Part shown: positions 59,305 to 64,000 of the stretch, piece after piece
Layout of the letters: every line of letters begins with the position of its first letter
Position numbering within the stretch: the stretch's first letter is position 1
Assembly (NCBI RefSeq): GCF_020745735.1
Contig: NC_083429.1
Location: 50,263,877 to 50,327,876, forward strand
Reading direction: 5' to 3'
DNA length: 64,000 bases
From: Hemiscyllium ocellatum
Taxonomy: Eukaryota
Notes under the pieces: model-generated
What the model was told of the DNA's origin: nothing
The model's database searches: none
Seen by the model: only the letters and a program-made list of their open reading frames with translations
Made by a program: the position numbers and the translations under genes

Positions 59305-59800
59305 ATTAGATTAGAATGGTGCTGGAAAAGCACAGCAGGCCAGGCAGCATCCGAGGAGCAGGAAAATTGATGTTTTGGGCAAAAACCCTTCATCAGGAAT
59401 TGCTCCAACCTTCCAGCTCAGCACTACTCTCATGACCTGTCCTACCTGCCTATCTTCCTTTCCACCTATCCACTCCACCCTCCCCCTGACCTATCACCTC
59501 CATCCCCACCCCCTTTCACCCATTGTACTCTTTGCTACCTTTCCCCCACCCTCCTCTTTGACTATCACCTCCATCCCCAACCCCATTCACATATTGTACT
59601 CTATGCTACTTTCTCCCCACCCCCACCCCTCTATAACATATCTCTCCACTCTGCAGACACCCTGCCTCTATCATGATGAAGGGCTTTTGCCCGAAGCATC
59701 GATTTTCCTGTTCCTCGGATGCTACCTGACCTGTTGTGCTTTTCCAGCACCACTCTGATCTAGACTCTGGTTTCCAGCATCTGCAGTCGTTGTTTTTACC
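59305..59800 (+). mobile_element. Penelope-like family A with short inverted arm
   Basis: Antisense arm 59305-59400, then sense 3' UTR to 59800; both hammerheads decayed. Confidence 0.8.
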
Positions 59801-60129
59801 TATTTGACCTAACAAGACTGCTCCATTCAGTAAGATCATCATTGATCTGATTATTGCCTTAACCTTCCTGTTTCTTGCCATTTCCCATCTTGGAGAAGCT
59901 CAGGTCCATTTGTAACCCTTGGCTTCTGTTTCCTTTTGGTTTGGACAAACCTAGATCCTGCTCAATGTACTGAGATCAGAACCAGCATGAAGAACAGCCA
60001 TTCTAGGAAATTACAAGATTCGGGCCTCTAAGAATTTTAAATCAAAACATCTCTGCCTTCCAACCAGTTCCGTCAAGACCTTCCTTAAAAACGTACCTCT
60101 TTGGCCAAGTTTGTAAATGCTTTACACTA

Positions 60130-60885
60130 ATGACACATTCTCAGGATCCATGGAAAATGTCACAAAAGTTAGGCTGACGCCAAAATGCCATGCCATGGGG
60201 GTGCTGCATTGTCAGGGGTACCATGCTTTGGTTCAAATTGAAAATTGCAGCTCTCTCTGCCCTCTCATGAAGTCTGATAATGAAACTATTCAATAAAGAA
60301 TAGTGGAGTTCTCCACTGTATCCTGGTCAAAGCATATCCCACAACCAACATAGAAACACAAAACAAATAGGAGAAGGAGTAGGCCATTCAGCCCTTCAAA
60401 CCTGCTCTGCCATTCAATTTGATCTTGGTTCATTACTTAGTCCCCTGTTCAGACTTTCTCCTTAACTCTTTGATTCAGTCAGCCCTAAGAATTATATCTA
60501 ACCCCTTTCAAAAACATTGTATGTTTTGGCCTTGACTGCTTTCTATAGCAGAGTATTTTACAGGTTAATCACTCTGGGTGACGAAATTTCTCCTCATCTC
60601 ACTAAATGACTTACCCCTTCCTCAGATTTGAAGACTAACTTTGCACACAGTGTGGCCTCACGTAGGCTCTGTCCAATTGCAATCAGCCATTTTTGCTCAA
60701 ATATCACTAAAACAGACTTATTTGGCCAAATGTGCAAGTCTCAGTTTGGCTGTCATTTTTCCCATAATACAGCGTATATTGACTCAAGTTCATAATCACT
60801 TCATTGACTGCAAATTATTTAGGGTTTTCAGAGATTGTGAAAGATATCTTTCAAATGCACAATGTGGGTTATAAAAGGCTCTAGG
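60130..60885 (+). mobile_element. Deu-domain SINE split by an antisense CR1 tail (about 60350-60650)
   Basis: gaaaatgtcacaaaagttaggctgac...aagaatagtggagttctcc; resumes atcactaaaacagacttat...cacttcattgactgcaaa. Confidence 0.5.
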
Positions 60886-62015
60886 AAACAAAGCAGAGTG
60901 CAAGATAATGATGTGAGAGACACTTCGATAGGGAAAAAAGAGATGTCTACTCAGACTGTGTTGGTGTGAAACTGTAATACCCAAATTGAAAAATAATTTG
61001 ATTTTAGTGCACTTAGTGTGTTTACCAAGAAACCACAATAACAGGACATGGGACTCCTTGTTTCATTTACGTTTTGCTAAGGGATCAGCCAGGGTGATTA
61101 CATAGGTTGGGTTGCAAGACATCAGCCCTATACTCTCCTTCAGTGCCCTGTTATTTCTAAACAGGAAGAAAGAAAGACAAATATTTGTTACATTCCCTAC
61201 CCCCTGTCCAAGTATCAGATCATTTTGTCTTTGTGCCACCTTATTTAATTAGCTCCACCTTACCTCAAGATTGCTCTTGGAATGAAAGTTGTTTCCTGGC
61301 TGAGGTTTGAGTTACTGTCTGACACAGAGCAGGTACCTATTTCTAGACTCATGTCCCTTGCCCTCTGAGCAGTCTGCAAAAGACACTGAGCCAAGCAGCC
61401 CTTGCAGTGCCACATACCAAAGCAAGCTATCTGGACAAGTAAACATTTCTGCTTACTGCAGCTCCTTGTCTCGGTCCTGGCTCACTTTGAAGTGCTGGGT
61501 TCTTATTTCGTGGGTAACAGCTGCCTGTTAGTTCATGATATGTTTAAGTGACAGGACTGAGTAGCACCAGTGTAACACTTTCTTTTATGCTGCAAGAGAA
61601 AATATTGGGTTCTCACCAGCAACACCTTCACTCCACTGCCCAATTCCAACATAATGGTCCCACAGGAATGAGAGGAGCTTTTGTCAGGTAAGGATATGAA
61701 GGAGTAGGGAAGCAAAACTGAGCAAATGGATTTGATGTCAGCAAACCTATACTTTTGTAAATAAAAACAAAAATTAGGACTAACTAGCTTTTGCCATTCA
61801 TCGATCTTAATCCAAACTAACCGCCACCTTGTTATCACTTTCATAACAGCATTCCACAATCCCATTGACCAAATTCCTGGTATATCCATTGACCCCACTC
61901 TTTTGAAGTCTCTGAACTCTACCTTTCCAACTATGCTCCAAATTCCTCACCCATTCCTGCTGTAAGTCAGCAGATGCTACACTGCAGTGCTGGTCCCTGA
62001 CACGATTAGATTATT

Positions 62016-62179
62016 GCTGAAAAATTGTTGCTGGAAAAGCGCAGCAGGTCAGGCAGCATCCAAGGAACAGGAGATTCGACGTTTCGGGCATCAGCCCTTG
62101 GATGCTGCCTGACCTGCTGCGCTTTTCCAGCAACACATTTTCAGCTCTGATCTCCAGCATCTGCAGACCTCACTTTCTC
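62016..62179. mobile_element. Penelope-like family A fold-back mini-element
   Basis: 15-bp TSD cacgattagattatt at 62001-15 and 62180-94; inverted arms; hammerhead truncated. Confidence 0.85.
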
Positions 62180-63059
62180 CACGATTAGATTATTCGCTGT
62201 TCCCTTTGCGAAATCCAGAAGTTTGTCCAGTTGTTATGGTTTGTCTGCAACCATGTTCCTATCTCTAGGGAACCCTGTTATAACTGTACTGTGAATTACA
62301 TTATTCCCCAGGTCTTGGATGTTTAAACTGCACTCTTAAAGGCTGCTCCCTCTCGAACTTGGTTGCTACTGGTCTGAATCCCCTAAACCTCCAGCAGTTC
62401 CTCAACATAGAGTAAGACTCTCACCTTTCTGCAATACTAAAAACTCTTCATTTACACTTGGATAAGCATCAGATCAAATACAACTGTCTTGGAACAGTTT
62501 CTTTCCTGAGCATTCTGATGTCTTGATGCTGTCTAATGTCCAGTTCTTCATCTCTGCTGCATTGATGTGCATTGCTGTCAGAGTCATCAGACCATTAAGA
62601 TATCCATTATACGTATGGACTGTATCTTAAGACTGCTAATGCCAGTTAATATCTGGGAGAACTTCCTCACCAGCTTAGAGGGGTGACATGTGTTTCATAG
62701 TTGGTATAAAATTTCAGTAGGTCTTTTTTAAAAACTGCTTTGAAGGTACTATATCAATGCAAGTTGTTGGAGTTCAGGTAAACCTATGACAAAAGCAAAT
62801 GGTACAAGATCTGTGGGGGATGTCACGTGATAGGCCAAATGGTCTTGAGCTTTCCATTCCTCATCAAGCCCTTGTGTTTCTCACTAGATGTCTGTGTTCT
62901 TTGGTATAGACGTGATGGGATGAATGGCCTCCTTCAGCGCGATAAACATTCTGTGCTTCTGAGATAATTAACATTAATTAATTTTTTCAATTGTTTCTAT
63001 GATTCTAATTGTCTGTTTGGAATTATAGACTGGGACAGCATGGTAGGAAACCACTTCAC

Positions 63060-63345
63060 CTATCATAGGCAAGGGTTTTAGTTATTCTGTCACATGGGCA
63101 TCACTGACCTGGCTAGTATTTATTACAAACCCCTGATTTCCCTTGAATTGAATGACCTACTAGTCTACCAAGAGCCAACCACCTTATTGTGGGTTGGAGT
63201 CAATTGAAGGCCAGACTGGGTAAGGATGGCAGATTTCTTTCCTGAAGGGTATTAGTGAGCACTTGTGTATTCATAACCATCAATCACCAATACTGAGACC
63301 AGCTTTGTTTTCTGGAATTACTGAATTCAAATTCTACTAGTTACC
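63060..63345 (-). mobile_element. tRNA-derived SINE, second family
   Basis: ggccagactgggtaaggatggcagatttctttcctgaagggtattagtga block. Confidence 0.6.
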
Positions 63346-63349
63346 AACT

Positions 63350-63850
63350 TGGGTTTTGGAGAGGGTGCAAAGAAGGTTTACCAGGATGCTGCCGGGACTG
63401 GAGGGCTTGCCTTATGAAGGAAGGTTGAATAAGTTTGGACTTTTCTCTCTGAAGAGAAGAAGAAAGAGAGGAGACCTGATCGAGGTATACAAGGTAATGA
63501 GAGGCATGGATAGAGTCGATAGCCAAAGACTTTTCTCCAGGGCAGGATTGACTGGTGTGAGAAATCATAGTTTGAAGATATTAGGAGGAAGTTATAAAGG
63601 AGATGTCAGAGGTAGGTTCTTCATGCGGAGAGTTGTGAATGCATAGAGTGCATTGCCAGCTGTGGTGGTGGAAGCAGAGTCATTGGGAACATTTTAGCAA
63701 CTGCTGGACATTAACATGGATAACAGTGAGTTGGGGGGTGCATAGTTTAAGTTACTATATTTTACATTAGGATTAAACCTCGGCACAACATCGTGGGCCA
63801 AAGGGACTGTTCTGTGATGTACTTTTCTATATCTCTATGTCTATTTCTAT
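63350..63850 (+). mobile_element. CR1 LINE 3' end
   Basis: ORF 63356-63646 ([14 protein letters not shown]...RGRFFMRRVVNA) and gggccaaagggactgttc...ctctatgtctatttctat tail. Confidence 0.88.
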
Positions 63851-64000
63851 CCAGGTCACCCCCGATTACTAATCCCATGACCCTGCACAATGTCACCACT
63901 TTCAAAATTAGTTTGATAACAAAAGCTCAGTACTTGCAGAGTTAATTGCATGAAATATCCTCTGGCAAAGTTCCTGTAACTGAGATGTAAGTGCAGTAAA

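Noticed and set aside
61080-61560. Muscle-type enhancer (MEF2-like ctatttctag, E-box cagctg) upstream of the expected SCN4B
   Set aside because: The MEF2-like site breaks the A/T core consensus, and isolated short motifs are expected by chance.
52280-64000. SCN4B exons
   Set aside because: No LEVSVG, CTFSSC or TGKYTC-like motif and no convincing phase-1 leader exon found on either strand.

Overview
Vertebrate genomic DNA, most likely from a shark (inferred from the HE1-like SINEs, CR1 LINEs and Deu-domain SINEs). Two spliced Ig-V membrane-protein genes can be assembled on the + strand with canonical GT-AG sites and consistent phases. (1) A JAML/AMICA1-like gene: 7 coding exons, 1315-18210, about 269-284 aa, only ONE Ig-V domain, and a cytoplasmic YVTM motif. 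(2) SCN2B, the sodium channel beta-2 subunit: 4 coding exons, 22808-47604, 218 aa, plus a probable fifth terminal exon at 48590. This matches the human order MPZL3-JAML-SCN2B-SCN4B; I found no SCN4B exon in the window. The rest is dense with retroelements: CR1 and L2 LINEs, three SINE families, and many Penelope-like elements (PLEs). The most notable observation is that the PLE ends carry minimal type-I hammerhead ribozyme motifs (CUGANGA...GAAA...UH) from four clear and two tentative families. The four clear families have a loopless, palindromic stem III, the architecture expected for dimeric hammerheads. Many copies are short fold-back elements with 9-15 bp target-site duplications. The PLE-hammerhead link is established in general; the local family diversity and fold-back geometry are what deserve follow-up. 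Repeat boundaries were read by eye and are approximate (tens of bp); exon, TSD and ribozyme coordinates were counted base by base.
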